Part shown: positions 13,761 to 23,127 of the stretch, piece by piece
How the letters are laid out: each line of letters begins with the position of its first letter
How positions within the stretch are numbered: position 1 is the stretch's first letter
Assembly: GCA_963790255.1 (NCBI GenBank)
Contig: CAWBOA010000003.1
Location: 319,730-383,729, forward strand
Direction: 5' to 3'
Origin: an uncultured Chloroflexia bacterium
GTDB taxonomy: Bacteria > Chloroflexota > Limnocylindria > QHBO01
Length of the DNA: 64,000 nucleotides
The notes under the pieces: model-generated
Databases searched by the model: none
The model's input: only the letters and a program-made list of their open reading frames with translations
What the model was told of the DNA's origin: nothing
Made by a program: the position numbers and the translations under genes

Positions 13761-13904
13761 GGCGGGGATGCTACCAGCCGATGGCGGCAGCGACGGATTG
13801 AGAGACCGCCACCGACGCGGTCGCCGGCGCGAACCGCATCGGTCTCAGCGTCGCCTGAGGCGGGGTACACTCGGGCGCGCCCAGTTCGCCCGCACGGAGC
13901 ACCG

Positions 13905-15092
13905 ATGTCTTCCGCCTCATCCACCCTCTTCACGTCGGAGTCGGTCACCGAGGGCCACCCCGACAAGCTGTGCGATGCGGTCGCCGACGCGGTCCTCGAC
14001 GAGATCCTCGAGCACGACCCGATGGCGCGATCCGCGGTCGAGGTCGCGACCACCACCGGCATGGTGATCGTGCTCGGCGAGGTGAGCACCTCCCACTACG
14101 TCGACGTGCAGGAGGTCGTGCGCCGGACCGTGCGGCAGATCGGCTACAACGACAGCCGCCTCGGGTTCGACTGGGAGACGTGCGGGACCCTGACCGCCAT
14201 CAAGGAGCAGTCGCCCGACATCGCCCTCGGCGTGGACCACGCCCTCGAGGCGCGCGAGGGGAAGGAGGCCGACGAGCTCGGGGCGGGCGACCAGGGGATG
14301 ATGTTCGGCTACGCGACCGACGAGTCGGACGAGCTCATGCCGATGCCGATCCTCCTCGCGCACCGCGTGGCGCGGCGCCTGGCCGAGGTCCGACGCGACG
14401 GGACCCTCCCCTTCATCCGGCCCGATGGCAAGAGCCAGGTCACGATCGAATACGACGCCGATGGCGTCCCGCGGCGCGTCCACACCGTGCTCGTCAGCAC
14501 CCAGCACGACCCGGACGTCGAGCCGGACGAGCTGTCGGCCGCCGTCCGCGAGCACGTCGTCGAGGCCGCCATCCCGACCGAGCTGCTCGACGCTGAGACG
14601 CGCCACCTCGTCAACCCGACCGGGCGCTTCGTCATCGGCGGACCGATGGGCGACTCGGGGCTGTCCGGACGCAAGATCATCGTCGACACCTACGGGGGCA
14701 TGGCTCGTCATGGCGGTGGCTCCTTCAGCGGCAAGGACCCGACCAAGGTCGACCGATCCGGCGCGTACATGGCGCGCTACGTCGCCAAGAACGTGGTGGC
14801 CGCCGGGCTCGCGCGCCGCTGCGAGATCCAGCTGGCCTACGCCATCGGCGTGGCCCACCCGCTGGCGGTGAACGTCCAGACGTGGGGGACCGGACGCGTC
14901 GGCGACGCCCGCCTCGCCGACCTCGTCACCAGCACGTTCGACCTCCGTCCCGGCGCGATCATCCGCGACCTCGACCTGCGCCGGCCGATCTACCGGCCGA
15001 CCGCAGCGTATGGCCACTTCGGCCGCTCGGACCTCGACCTGCCGTGGGAGCGGCTGGACCGCGTCGACGAGCTGCGCCGGGCGGCCGACTGA
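13905..15092 (+). CDS. metK: S-adenosylmethionine synthetase
   Basis: [16 protein letters not shown]...[12 protein letters not shown]...[23 protein letters not shown] -10 box is at 13866-13871 and GGAG precedes the ATG. Confidence 0.96.
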   Translation: MSSASSTLFTSESVTEGHPDKLCDAVADAVLDEILEHDPMARSAVEVATTTGMVIVLGEVSTSHYVDVQEVVRRTVRQIGYNDSRLGFDWETCGTLTAIKEQSPDIALGVDHALEAREGKEADELGAGDQGMMFGYATDESDELMPMPILLAHRVARRLAEVRRDGTLPFIRPDGKSQVTIEYDADGVPRRVHTVLVSTQHDPDVEPDELSAAVREHVVEAAIPTELLDAETRHLVNPTGRFVIGGPMGDSGLSGRKIIVDTYGGMARHGGGSFSGKDPTKVDRSGAYMARYVAKNVVAAGLARRCEIQLAYAIGVAHPLAVNVQTWGTGRVGDARLADLVTSTFDLRPGAIIRDLDLRRPIYRPTAAYGHFGRSDLDLPWERLDRVDELRRAAD

Positions 15093-15102
15093 CCGCGGGC
15101 TG

Positions 15103-15750
15103 ATGAGCGCCGGCCACGCGCACTCGCATCCGCACCCCGCGTGGGGTGAGCCACGCCCGAGCCTGGTCCAGCGGGTTCTGGCCAGGCTGCGGTCCCTGAT
15201 CGCGCCCGCACCGGCCGGATCGTGGCCGGGCGGCCTGGGAGAGCTGCCGCTCGTGCTGCGGCGCGGCGACCTGGCCGAGGCGTACCTCGCCGCCGAGCGA
15301 GACGTCGATCACGGTCGCGCAGGTGCCGCCGCATCCGCCGCCACGGAGCGCGCGATCTCGGGGGCGGAGTGGTGGCCCGCCGACGTCTGGGCGCACCGCG
15401 CGCTGTGGCATTACGAGCGTGCCGGCGAGGCGATCGAATCGATCAGGATGGCCCGCCGCATCGGCGACCTGCGGACCTCCGCCGGCGACGCGGCGAGTGC
15501 GCGCCGCTACTACGCCGAGGCGATCGACGAGGGCCGCGACATCGGGGCCGAGCGCGAGCAGGGCCTCGCCACGATCGGGCTTGGTCGCGCGCTGCTCGAG
15601 CTCGGCAACGTCTCCGACGCGCGTCGGCTGGCGGGCGCGGCGATCGATTTGCTGTCGCGCGCCGAGGCGCCACCCGACGAGCTGTCAGCGGCGCGGGCGC
15701 TGCTCGGCGAGGAGGTCGCGGTGGGCGAGCCGACGGCGGAGCGCGGCTGA
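15103..15750 (+). CDS. hypothetical protein, His-rich N-terminus, TPR-like helical repeats
   Basis: MSAGHAHSHPHPAWGE..., followed by Ala/Leu-rich helical repeats (ARRYYAEAIDEGRDIG..GLATIGLGRALLELGNVSDARRLAGAAIDLL). Its stop overlaps the proC start. Confidence 0.45.
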   Translation: MSAGHAHSHPHPAWGEPRPSLVQRVLARLRSLIAPAPAGSWPGGLGELPLVLRRGDLAEAYLAAERDVDHGRAGAAASAATERAISGAEWWPADVWAHRALWHYERAGEAIESIRMARRIGDLRTSAGDAASARRYYAEAIDEGRDIGAEREQGLATIGLGRALLELGNVSDARRLAGAAIDLLSRAEAPPDELSAARALLGEEVAVGEPTAERG

Positions 15751-16589
15751 TGGCGCGCCGAACCATGCAGGTGGGGATCATCGGCGCCGGCGTCATGGCC
15801 GAGGCGATGATCGCCGGGCTCCTCGCCGACAGGGCGGTGCGCGCCGAGAAGGTCTTCGCCTCACACCCGAGACGCGATCGCCGAGACGCGCTGATCGAGC
15901 GCCACGGGATCAGCGCCGTCAGGCGCAACGTCGAGGCGGTGGCGGGCGCCGAGATCGTCGTCCTGGCCGTGAAGCCGCAGATGCTCGGGGCGGTCATGCG
16001 CGAGATCGGGCCGGCCCTCTCCGAGGGGCAGGTGGTGCTCTCGATCGTGGCCGGGGCGACCCTGCGCACCCTGACCGTCGGCCTGGGCCATGCGGCGGTC
16101 GTCCGGGCCATGCCCAACACGCCTTCCCAGATCCGACGCGGCATCACCGTCTGGGCGGCCTCGTCCGCCTGCACCGCCCGGCAGCGGGACCTCGCCCGCT
16201 CGGTCCTGCGCGCGGTCGGCCACGAGAAGGAGGTCGGCGACGAGGCGTTCGTGGCGATGGCCACCGCGCTCTCGGGCACCGGACCGACCTACCTCTTCGC
16301 CGTGATGGAGGCGCTCATCGACGCGGGGGTCCACATGGGCTTTCCGCGCGAGCTCGCGCACGACCTCGTCGTCGAGACGCTCATCGGCTCCGCCGAGTAC
16401 GCCGCGCAGTCCGAGCTCCATCCGGCGCAGCTCCGCAACCTGGTGACCTCGCCGGGCGGGACGAGCGCGGCCGCGATCTACGAGCTCGAGAAGGGCCGCA
16501 TCCGGACCGTCCTCTCCGATGCGGTGTGGGCCGCGTACCGCCGCACGCTGGAGCTCGGCGAACGGCTGGAGCAGGAGACGGGCGGCTAG
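15750..16589 (+). CDS. proC: pyrroline-5-carboxylate reductase
   Basis: VGIIGAGVMAEAMIAGL...AVKPQ...MPNTP...TSPGGTSAAAIYELE. The TGATG overlaps the upstream stop. Confidence 0.92.
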   Translation: MARRTMQVGIIGAGVMAEAMIAGLLADRAVRAEKVFASHPRRDRRDALIERHGISAVRRNVEAVAGAEIVVLAVKPQMLGAVMREIGPALSEGQVVLSIVAGATLRTLTVGLGHAAVVRAMPNTPSQIRRGITVWAASSACTARQRDLARSVLRAVGHEKEVGDEAFVAMATALSGTGPTYLFAVMEALIDAGVHMGFPRELAHDLVVETLIGSAEYAAQSELHPAQLRNLVTSPGGTSAAAIYELEKGRIRTVLSDAVWAAYRRTLELGERLEQETGG

Positions 16590-17659
16590 TGTTCGCAATC
16601 GTGATGGCCGGGGGCGCCGGCACGCGCCTCTGGCCGCTCTCGCGGCGGGGGACGCCGAAGCAGCTGCTCGCGCTGACCGGGGATACGAGCCTGCTCCAGC
16701 AGACCGTCGCGCGCCTCGGCGAGCTGCTGAAGCCGCACGACATCTACGTCATCACGAGCCAGGCCCACGTGCGCGTCACGCAGGACCAGCTGCCGCACCT
16801 GCCCCCTGACAACATCCTCGGGGAGCCGCTGGCTCGCTCGACGGCGCCGGCCGCCGGGCTGGCGACCGTGCTGAGCCGCCGGGAAAGCGACGAGATCGCC
16901 CTCGTCCTGCCCGCCGACCATTTCGTCGCCGACGACGCCGCCTTCGCCGAGGCCCTGCGTGAGGCCGGGCGCGCCGCCGAGCGCGGCTACCTCGTCACCC
17001 TTGGCGTCGTGCCGACCCACCCCGCCACCGGCTATGGCTACATCAAGGCCGGCGCCCCGCTCCACGCGTCGGGGCCGACCGCGCTCGTCGAGCGATTCGA
17101 GGAGAAGCCGGATGCGGAGGCCGCCGCCGCCATGCTCCGCGAGGGCGACTACTACTGGAACGCCGGCATCTTCGTCTGGCGCGTGTACGCGTTCCGCCAG
17201 GCGCTCGAGCGCTTCCAGCCCGGTCTGGCGGGCGCGCTCGATCGGATCGGCGAGCTGCACCGGACGCCGGGCTGGATGAGCGAGGTCCGCGACATCCTCG
17301 AGCCCGTGCCGACGATCTCGATCGACGTCGGGATCGCCGAGCCGGCGGCGGCCGAGGGCCGGATGGCGGTCGTCCCGCTGGCGGCGGGATGGTCCGACAT
17401 CGGCTCCTGGTCGGCGCTCCTCGAGGCGCTCTCGGCGGCCAGCGGTGCCGACCTCGTCGCCAGCGGGCGGCACCTCGATCGCGACTCGCACCGCGTCCTC
17501 GTCCACGGTGGCGATCGGCTCGTGGTGACCGTCGGGCTCGAGGACGTGATCATCGTCGACACGCCGGACGCGCTCCTCGTCTGCCACCGCGACCGGGCCG
17601 AAGAGATCAAGCCAGTGCTCGACGAGATCGCCCGGACCGCCGGCGACCGCTACCTCTAG
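16589..17659 (+). CDS. mannose-1-phosphate guanylyltransferase (NTP-transferase family)
   Basis: VFAIVMAGGAGTRLWPLSR...PKQLL...GYGYI..FEEKPD...YYWNAGIFVW. The GTG start overlaps the proC TAG stop. Confidence 0.85.
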   Translation: MFAIVMAGGAGTRLWPLSRRGTPKQLLALTGDTSLLQQTVARLGELLKPHDIYVITSQAHVRVTQDQLPHLPPDNILGEPLARSTAPAAGLATVLSRRESDEIALVLPADHFVADDAAFAEALREAGRAAERGYLVTLGVVPTHPATGYGYIKAGAPLHASGPTALVERFEEKPDAEAAAAMLREGDYYWNAGIFVWRVYAFRQALERFQPGLAGALDRIGELHRTPGWMSEVRDILEPVPTISIDVGIAEPAAAEGRMAVVPLAAGWSDIGSWSALLEALSAASGADLVASGRHLDRDSHRVLVHGGDRLVVTVGLEDVIIVDTPDALLVCHRDRAEEIKPVLDEIARTAGDRYL

Positions 17660-17706
17660 CCGATCGAGACCGATGCGGCTCGCTGGCGCGCCTCATCGGG
17701 TTGGCG

Positions 17707-18318
17707 ATGGCGGCCTACGTGCGGCTCGTGGCCGCCACCTCCCGCGTCGACGGCACCGTCACCCAGTCGCAGGTCGTGCTCGCCTTCTGGCACGAGTACA
17801 ACCTGGTCACGTCGGTCGTGGCCTGGCGGCTGCGCCGGCACCATCGGCACGTCAGCTTCAGCACCCAGACCTTCCGCGGCGAGATCATGAACGCCATGCT
17901 CGCGGCGCTCGACACCGGGTCGGTCCCGCTTCCGGCGGAGGGGGCGTCGGCGGAGGCGACGCGACTGGCCCGCCAGCTTGCTCGCCTCGGTCGCGAGGGC
18001 GCGTCCCTGGCCGTCAGCCCCGACGGCCCGCTCGGCCCGTATCGGCGCGCAAAGCCGGGCGCCCTCATCGTGGCGCGCGCGTCGGAGCTGCCCCTCCAGC
18101 CGTGGGCCATGCACGCCAGCCCGTCCCTCCGCCTCCGGGGCCGATGGGACCGCCACATCGTGCCCCTTCCCTTCGGCCGGATCCGGGTCGAGGCGGCCGA
18201 GCCGATCGAGGTCGCCGAGCGCGAGCCGCTCCGGCCGCTCCTCGTCCGCCTCCAGGCCGGGCTCGACGCGGCGACGGTGCGGGCCGACGGCGCACCGACC
18301 ATGGCCGCTCGTGATTGA
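17707..18318 (+). CDS. DUF374 domain protein (lysophospholipid-acyltransferase-like fold)
   Basis: VVLAFWHEYNL...SFSTQTFRGEIMNAML...LAVSPDGPLGPYRRAKPGALIVA is typical of DUF374. The start codon is uncertain (ATG 17707 or TTG 17701). Confidence 0.6.
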   Translation: MAAYVRLVAATSRVDGTVTQSQVVLAFWHEYNLVTSVVAWRLRRHHRHVSFSTQTFRGEIMNAMLAALDTGSVPLPAEGASAEATRLARQLARLGREGASLAVSPDGPLGPYRRAKPGALIVARASELPLQPWAMHASPSLRLRGRWDRHIVPLPFGRIRVEAAEPIEVAEREPLRPLLVRLQAGLDAATVRADGAPTMAARD

Positions 18319-18396
18319 CGCTGCCTGCGCGGTTGTCGGACCGGCTACGATGAGGCCCCACCCCGCACCGGTCTGCAGTCGAGTGCCGTTCGCCCC

Positions 18397-19866
18397 GTGA
18401 CGAAGATCAAGTTCGGTACTGATGGCTGGCGCGCCGCGATCGCCGAGGACTACACGTTCCACAACGTGCGGCGTTGCGCGCGTGGCGTCGCGGAGCACCT
18501 GCGGCTGACCGGCGCCGCCGATCGGGGCGTGGTCGTCTGCCACGACCGGCGCTTCGCAAGCGAGCACTTCGCGCGAGCCTGCGTCGAGGTCCTCGCCGCC
18601 CACGGCATCCGGTCGCTGACACCGCCGGAGGCCGTGCCGACGCAGGTCGGCAGCTTCTTCACCCGGGAGCTCGGCGCCGGCGCGGGCATCGTCATCACGG
18701 CGAGCCACAACCCGTGGACGGACAACGGCTTCAAGGTCAAGGCCGACACCGGCGGTGCGGCGGCGCCCGAGATGCTCGCCGCGATCGAGGCGACCATGGA
18801 CACCCATCCCGAGGATGAGCTGCCACCCCGACGCGACTACACCGACGCGGTCGCCGCCGGGCTGGTCGAGACCTTCGACCCGTATCCGCGCTTCCGCGAC
18901 CAGCTCGCCAGCATCGTCGACCTCGAGCGGATCCGCGCCGCGGAGCGCCGCGTGCTGGTCGAGAACCTGTTCGGGTCCGGCGCGGGCTGGATGACCAGGC
19001 TCCTCGGCGATGGCCGGCTCACCGTCCGCGAGCTTCACACCGAGCGAAACCCGTTCTTCGGCGGGCTGAACCCCGAGCCGATCCGTCCCAACGTCGACGC
19101 CTGGCTCGAGGAGATCCCGCGCTGGGGCGCCGAGATCGGCATCGCCTTCGACGGCGATGCGGACCGGGTCGGGATGGCGACCGAGGAGGGCGTCTTCGTC
19201 AATCAGCTCCAGGTCTTCGGCCTGCTGTACTGGTACCTCCTCGACGTCCGCGGCCAGATCGGGCCGGCGGTCTACACGGTCACGACCACCTCGATGGCCA
19301 AGCGGCTGGCGGAGATCTACGGCACCCAGGCGCACGAGACCGGCGTCGGTTTCAAGTTCGTCGGGCCGAAGATGACGGAGACGCAGGCGGTCATCGGCGG
19401 CGAGGAGTCGGGCGGCTTCGGGTTCGGGATGCACATCCCGGAGCGCGATGGCATCGCGTCCGGGCTCTTCCTGCTCGACCTGTGGCTGACGAAGGGGAAG
19501 AAGGCGTCGGAGGTGCTCGCCGAGCTTCAGGCGCTGGCCGGGCCGTCGTACTACAACCGCATCGACATCCGGTTCTCGCGCGAGGGCTACGACCAGGTGA
19601 AGGCCGACACGCTCGCCCGGCTGGCCAACGAGGCCCCGACCGACCTGGCCGGACAGGAGGTCGTCGAGCGTGCGCCGCTCGAGACCAACGACGGCTTCAA
19701 GTTCTACCGCACCGATGGGTCGTGGCTGCTGATCCGATTCAGCGGGACCGAGGCCCTCCTCCGCGTCTATGTCGAGGCGCGATCGCCAGAGGACGTCGAG
19801 GCGCTCCTGGCCGAGGGTCGCCGGATCGCCGGCGCCGAGCGGCCGCGCGCGGCCGCCGCGACCTGA
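18397..19866 (+). CDS. phosphomannomutase/phosphoglucomutase
   Basis: KFGTDGWRA...ITASHNPWTDNGFKV (active-site Ser loop)...FDGDADRV...GGEESGG. Confidence 0.92.
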   Translation: MTKIKFGTDGWRAAIAEDYTFHNVRRCARGVAEHLRLTGAADRGVVVCHDRRFASEHFARACVEVLAAHGIRSLTPPEAVPTQVGSFFTRELGAGAGIVITASHNPWTDNGFKVKADTGGAAAPEMLAAIEATMDTHPEDELPPRRDYTDAVAAGLVETFDPYPRFRDQLASIVDLERIRAAERRVLVENLFGSGAGWMTRLLGDGRLTVRELHTERNPFFGGLNPEPIRPNVDAWLEEIPRWGAEIGIAFDGDADRVGMATEEGVFVNQLQVFGLLYWYLLDVRGQIGPAVYTVTTTSMAKRLAEIYGTQAHETGVGFKFVGPKMTETQAVIGGEESGGFGFGMHIPERDGIASGLFLLDLWLTKGKKASEVLAELQALAGPSYYNRIDIRFSREGYDQVKADTLARLANEAPTDLAGQEVVERAPLETNDGFKFYRTDGSWLLIRFSGTEALLRVYVEARSPEDVEALLAEGRRIAGAERPRAAAAT

Positions 19867-21056
19867 TGGACGCGCGCGACTTCTTCGGCTACAAGCACGC
19901 GGACGAGGAGCCGGGCCGACGCCCGGAGGCCGACGACGCCGATCCCGACGCACCACCGCTCTTCGAGGAGGCGGTCACGCTTGACGACCCGGCCGCCCTG
20001 CGCCGGATCGACCCGGAGGGCATGATCGTCCGAGTCATGGAGCTGCCGCCGCAGCTCGCCCAGGCGCAGCGCGTGGCGAGCGCCGTGCAGCTGCCTGATC
20101 GGCTGCGAGACGTGGACGCCGTCATCGTGCTCGCCATGGGGGGCTCGGCCATCGGCGCCGAGCTCGTGGCGGCAGCCGCCGGCGAGCGGCTCCGCGTCCC
20201 GCTCATCGTGCACCGCGACTACGGCCTGCCGGCCGGGGCGGGAGCGCGCACCCTCATTGTCGCGGCCAGCCACTCCGGCGAGACCGCCGAGACCCTGTCC
20301 GGCTTCGCCGACGCCCGCGCCAGAGACCTCCCGATGGTGGTGATCACGACCGGCGGATCGATGGCCGCGTCGGCGACCGAGGGCGGCATCCCGCTCCTCC
20401 GTTACCGGCTCGACGGCCAGCCGCGGGCCGCCATCGGCTTCGGCCTCGGCCTTGTGCACGAGCTCCTGAGCCGGTTGGAGCTCATCGATGGCCCGGACCC
20501 GATCGGACCTGCCGTTGCCAGCCTTGAGTCTCTCCTCGAGCGCATGGCGCCATCGGTCGCCACCGATGCCAACCCCGCCAAGCAGCTGGCCTGGTCGATC
20601 TTCGGCCGCATCCCGGTCATCTACGGGCACGGGTCGATGTCGGCCGTCGCCCACCGGTGGAAGACCCAGCTCAACGAGAACGCCAAGGCCTGGGCCATCT
20701 GGGAGCCGATGCCGGAGGCCAACCACAACGCCATCGAGGGCAGCCTCAACCCGCGCGAGCTCTCCGACGGGCTGTACGTCGTCCAGCTGCGCGACCCCGA
20801 GGAGCCGGCCGCCATCGCGGAGCGCTACCGCGTCGTCGAGGAGCTGCTCGGCGAGCGCGCGACCAACCGGTCGGAGGTCTGGGCCGAGGGCCCTTCGCGC
20901 CTCGCCCGCGTGCTCGGGGCGGTCGCCTACGGCGATCTGGTGAGCGTCTACCTCGCCATCCTCTACCAGACCGACCCGACCCCGGTTACACTGCTGTCGA
21001 TGCTCAAGGAGCGGCTCGCCAGGGCCACCGGATCCGACCCGACGGGCGCCAGCTAA
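19866..21056 (+). CDS. bifunctional phosphoglucose/phosphomannose isomerase (SIS family)
   Basis: VIVLAMGGSAIGAEL...VAASHSGETAETL...RWKTQLNENAK...EANHNAIEG. The TGATG overlaps the phosphomannomutase stop. Confidence 0.85.
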   Translation: MDARDFFGYKHADEEPGRRPEADDADPDAPPLFEEAVTLDDPAALRRIDPEGMIVRVMELPPQLAQAQRVASAVQLPDRLRDVDAVIVLAMGGSAIGAELVAAAAGERLRVPLIVHRDYGLPAGAGARTLIVAASHSGETAETLSGFADARARDLPMVVITTGGSMAASATEGGIPLLRYRLDGQPRAAIGFGLGLVHELLSRLELIDGPDPIGPAVASLESLLERMAPSVATDANPAKQLAWSIFGRIPVIYGHGSMSAVAHRWKTQLNENAKAWAIWEPMPEANHNAIEGSLNPRELSDGLYVVQLRDPEEPAAIAERYRVVEELLGERATNRSEVWAEGPSRLARVLGAVAYGDLVSVYLAILYQTDPTPVTLLSMLKERLARATGSDPTGAS

Positions 21057-21100
21057 GTAGGGCGCCGGGGAAGACCGGCGCCAATGGAGGTAACCGCGAC

Positions 21101-21394
21101 GTGCATTCGAGCATGATCGGCAAGGTCGAGAAGGCGATGCGCTACGCGCATGAGCCGGACCGCGTGAAGCTCCAGGCCATCACGGCCAGCTTCGCCGGCG
21201 ACAACGGCGCCCACACCGTGTCGCTCGACGCCGATGCGTGGCACTGTGACTGCCATCTCTTCGAGTCGGCCGGCGGCTGCACGCACACGCTGGCGATCCA
21301 GAAGATGCTCGACCCGATGCTGACCGACGCCGCGCGCGAGACTCCACTCTACGGTCACGCTGAGACGCCCCAGGAGGAGGCCGTCCCCGCGTAG
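21101..21394 (+). CDS. small SWIM zinc-finger protein
   Basis: WHCDCHLFESAGGCTHTLA fits the CxCx(n)CxH SWIM signature. GTG 21101 lies 10 nt after GGAGG. ATG 21113 is an alternative start. Confidence 0.6.
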   Translation: MHSSMIGKVEKAMRYAHEPDRVKLQAITASFAGDNGAHTVSLDADAWHCDCHLFESAGGCTHTLAIQKMLDPMLTDAARETPLYGHAETPQEEAVPA

Positions 21395-21463
21395 GTCCGC
21401 CACCACTGCCGTGACCCGCCGACAGGGCGTCGCCGGGCGGCGCAGCCGCGGCCTCCGGCACGT

Positions 21464-22900
21464 ATGAGATACCGATTCCTCGCCCTTCTGGGCTCGATCG
21501 CCTTCGGCATTCGCCGCTTCATCGGCTCGATCCTGAGCTTCGTCGGCTTGCGGGCGCTCGCGCGCTTCGCGGTGCCGGTCCTCGTGATCGTCTTCTCGGC
21601 GGCCGTCGCGGTGTCCGCCCGCGACACCGCCACGATCCTGGCGTCGCGTCCCGAGGTCCAGCAGACGACGCTGGCCGACGTCGCCAGCCGGAGCGAGGAC
21701 GAGGGCGGCAGCATCTGGTTCGAGTTCGACGCCCTCATGGACGACAGCCACCTCGACGTGCCGGCCGACCTCGGCTTCTTCTATCTCGCCCGTGATCCGA
21801 CCGATTCCTCAGCCGGCCTCCTCGTCCGCAGCAACTCGAGCGACCCGTTCGTTCGCGTTCGGGTCATCTCGGCCACCCTGATTGAGGACGAGGGCCTCGT
21901 CGACGATGCGGTCGGGGCGATCGGCGAGGTGCCCGGCGGCTTCTCGCTCGACCAGACGCGCTATCTCGATGAGACGGCGAACGGTGGCCAGGCGGACGAG
22001 GCCTTCCAGCCGTCCGAGCTCGGCGAGGAAGAGGCGGGTACCGAGCTGCCCGTGTCCGGGCGGGTCGTCTCCCCGAGCCAGTTCGCCGCATGCGCCAACG
22101 AGGGGGGCTGCGACGGCGAAGACGCCTCCTGGTTCTACTATCTCGCCGATGCGCAGGGCGGCAGCGCGATCGTCCTCCGCTCGCCACACCCGCCCGATGC
22201 GCAGCCGGTCCGGCTGCAGGGCCTCTACGAGCGCGACACGTTCGACCTGGCGCCGGTGCTCGCGAGCGACTGGTTCGCGGACATCGACGTGGACGTGCCG
22301 ACCGAGCGCGCCTTCTCCGCCGACCGCCGGCCGCCGATCACCGTTCCGGCCTCGTGGGTCCCGACGATCATCTTCGCGGCCCTGGCCACCCTGCTCCTTG
22401 CCAGCCAGCTGGTCGGCTACCCGGTCTTCGGCCGCACCGACCTGCCTGCGGCGGCCCGCAGCATGGCTGCGGGACATGGGATCGATGTCGATATCACCGG
22501 GCAGCTCGAGCGCGAGGCGGCCGCGATCACCCTCGATCGCAGCCCCGGAGCCGTCGAGCGGCTCGACATCGCCGACCTCGCGCTGCGCCTCTGGCGATAC
22601 GGGATGCTGCCCCATGGGCTCTCTCGGCGCGATGCGGAGGAACGGTTCGTGGCCGAAGCGGAGGGCGAAGCCGACCGGCTCGTGATCCACGAGCGCGACC
22701 AGTCCGCGCTCGTCACCCTGTCGCGCGAGCCCGGCGCGGCCACGGTCGAGACGGGCCGGCTGTACCGCGTCGCCGGCAGCGCTCCGGCGCTGCGCGTTCG
22801 CCAGGGGCGGACCGATGCGTATTTGACCGCTCACTCGGCTGAGGAGCGAGATCGCGCGGCCGCGGAGCTCCTGGCCGAGATCGAGGGCCGCCCGGCCTGA
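21464..22900 (+). CDS. hypothetical membrane protein (478 aa)
   Basis: N-terminal hydrophobic segments (ALLGSIAFGI..., VPVLVIVFSAAVAV) and a central TM segment (WVPTIIFAALATLLLASQLV). I recognise no family. Confidence 0.5.
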   Translation: MRYRFLALLGSIAFGIRRFIGSILSFVGLRALARFAVPVLVIVFSAAVAVSARDTATILASRPEVQQTTLADVASRSEDEGGSIWFEFDALMDDSHLDVPADLGFFYLARDPTDSSAGLLVRSNSSDPFVRVRVISATLIEDEGLVDDAVGAIGEVPGGFSLDQTRYLDETANGGQADEAFQPSELGEEEAGTELPVSGRVVSPSQFAACANEGGCDGEDASWFYYLADAQGGSAIVLRSPHPPDAQPVRLQGLYERDTFDLAPVLASDWFADIDVDVPTERAFSADRRPPITVPASWVPTIIFAALATLLLASQLVGYPVFGRTDLPAAARSMAAGHGIDVDITGQLEREAAAITLDRSPGAVERLDIADLALRLWRYGMLPHGLSRRDAEERFVAEAEGEADRLVIHERDQSALVTLSREPGAATVETGRLYRVAGSAPALRVRQGRTDAYLTAHSAEERDRAAAELLAEIEGRPA

Positions 22901-22949
22901 GCCGTCGGGCAACCCCGGTCCGGTGTAGCATCGGCGGCAACTGAAGACA

Positions 22950-23090
22950 CGCACGACGGGTGCCGTCCCCGAAAGGCGGACGGGCAAATGGCGAAGCCGG
23001 TTCAAGGCCGGCGCAGTCCCGCTACTGTATCCGCGCGCCGATCCCTTCCGGGACGGGGTGCGGGAGCCAGGTCGACCAGCCCGATCGCGA
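22950..23090 (+). promoter_or_regulatory. cobalamin (B12) riboswitch
   Basis: GGGTGCC..CCGTCCCCGAAAGGCGGACGG hairpin, then GGCGAAGCCGGTTCAAGGCCGGCGCAGTCCCGCTACTGTA (the conserved core GCnGnCCCGCnACUGU), then the B12-box-like GAGCCAGGTCGACCAGCCC. A TAGCAT -10 box sits at 22926-22931. The element lies directly upstream of a BtuF-like gene. Confidence 0.7.
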
Positions 23091-23127
23091 TGTCCAGCCC
23101 CTCGAGTGAAAGGGAACGGCATCAGCC

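Noticed and set aside
13761-13904. Possible SAM riboswitch upstream of metK, and an SAH element upstream of ahcY.
   Set aside because: A TACACT -10 box at 13866 leaves only about 30 nt of leader. I could not find SAM-I, SAM-IV or SAM-II core motifs in the 144-nt spacer. The ahcY start overlaps the preceding GNAT gene, leaving no room for a leader.
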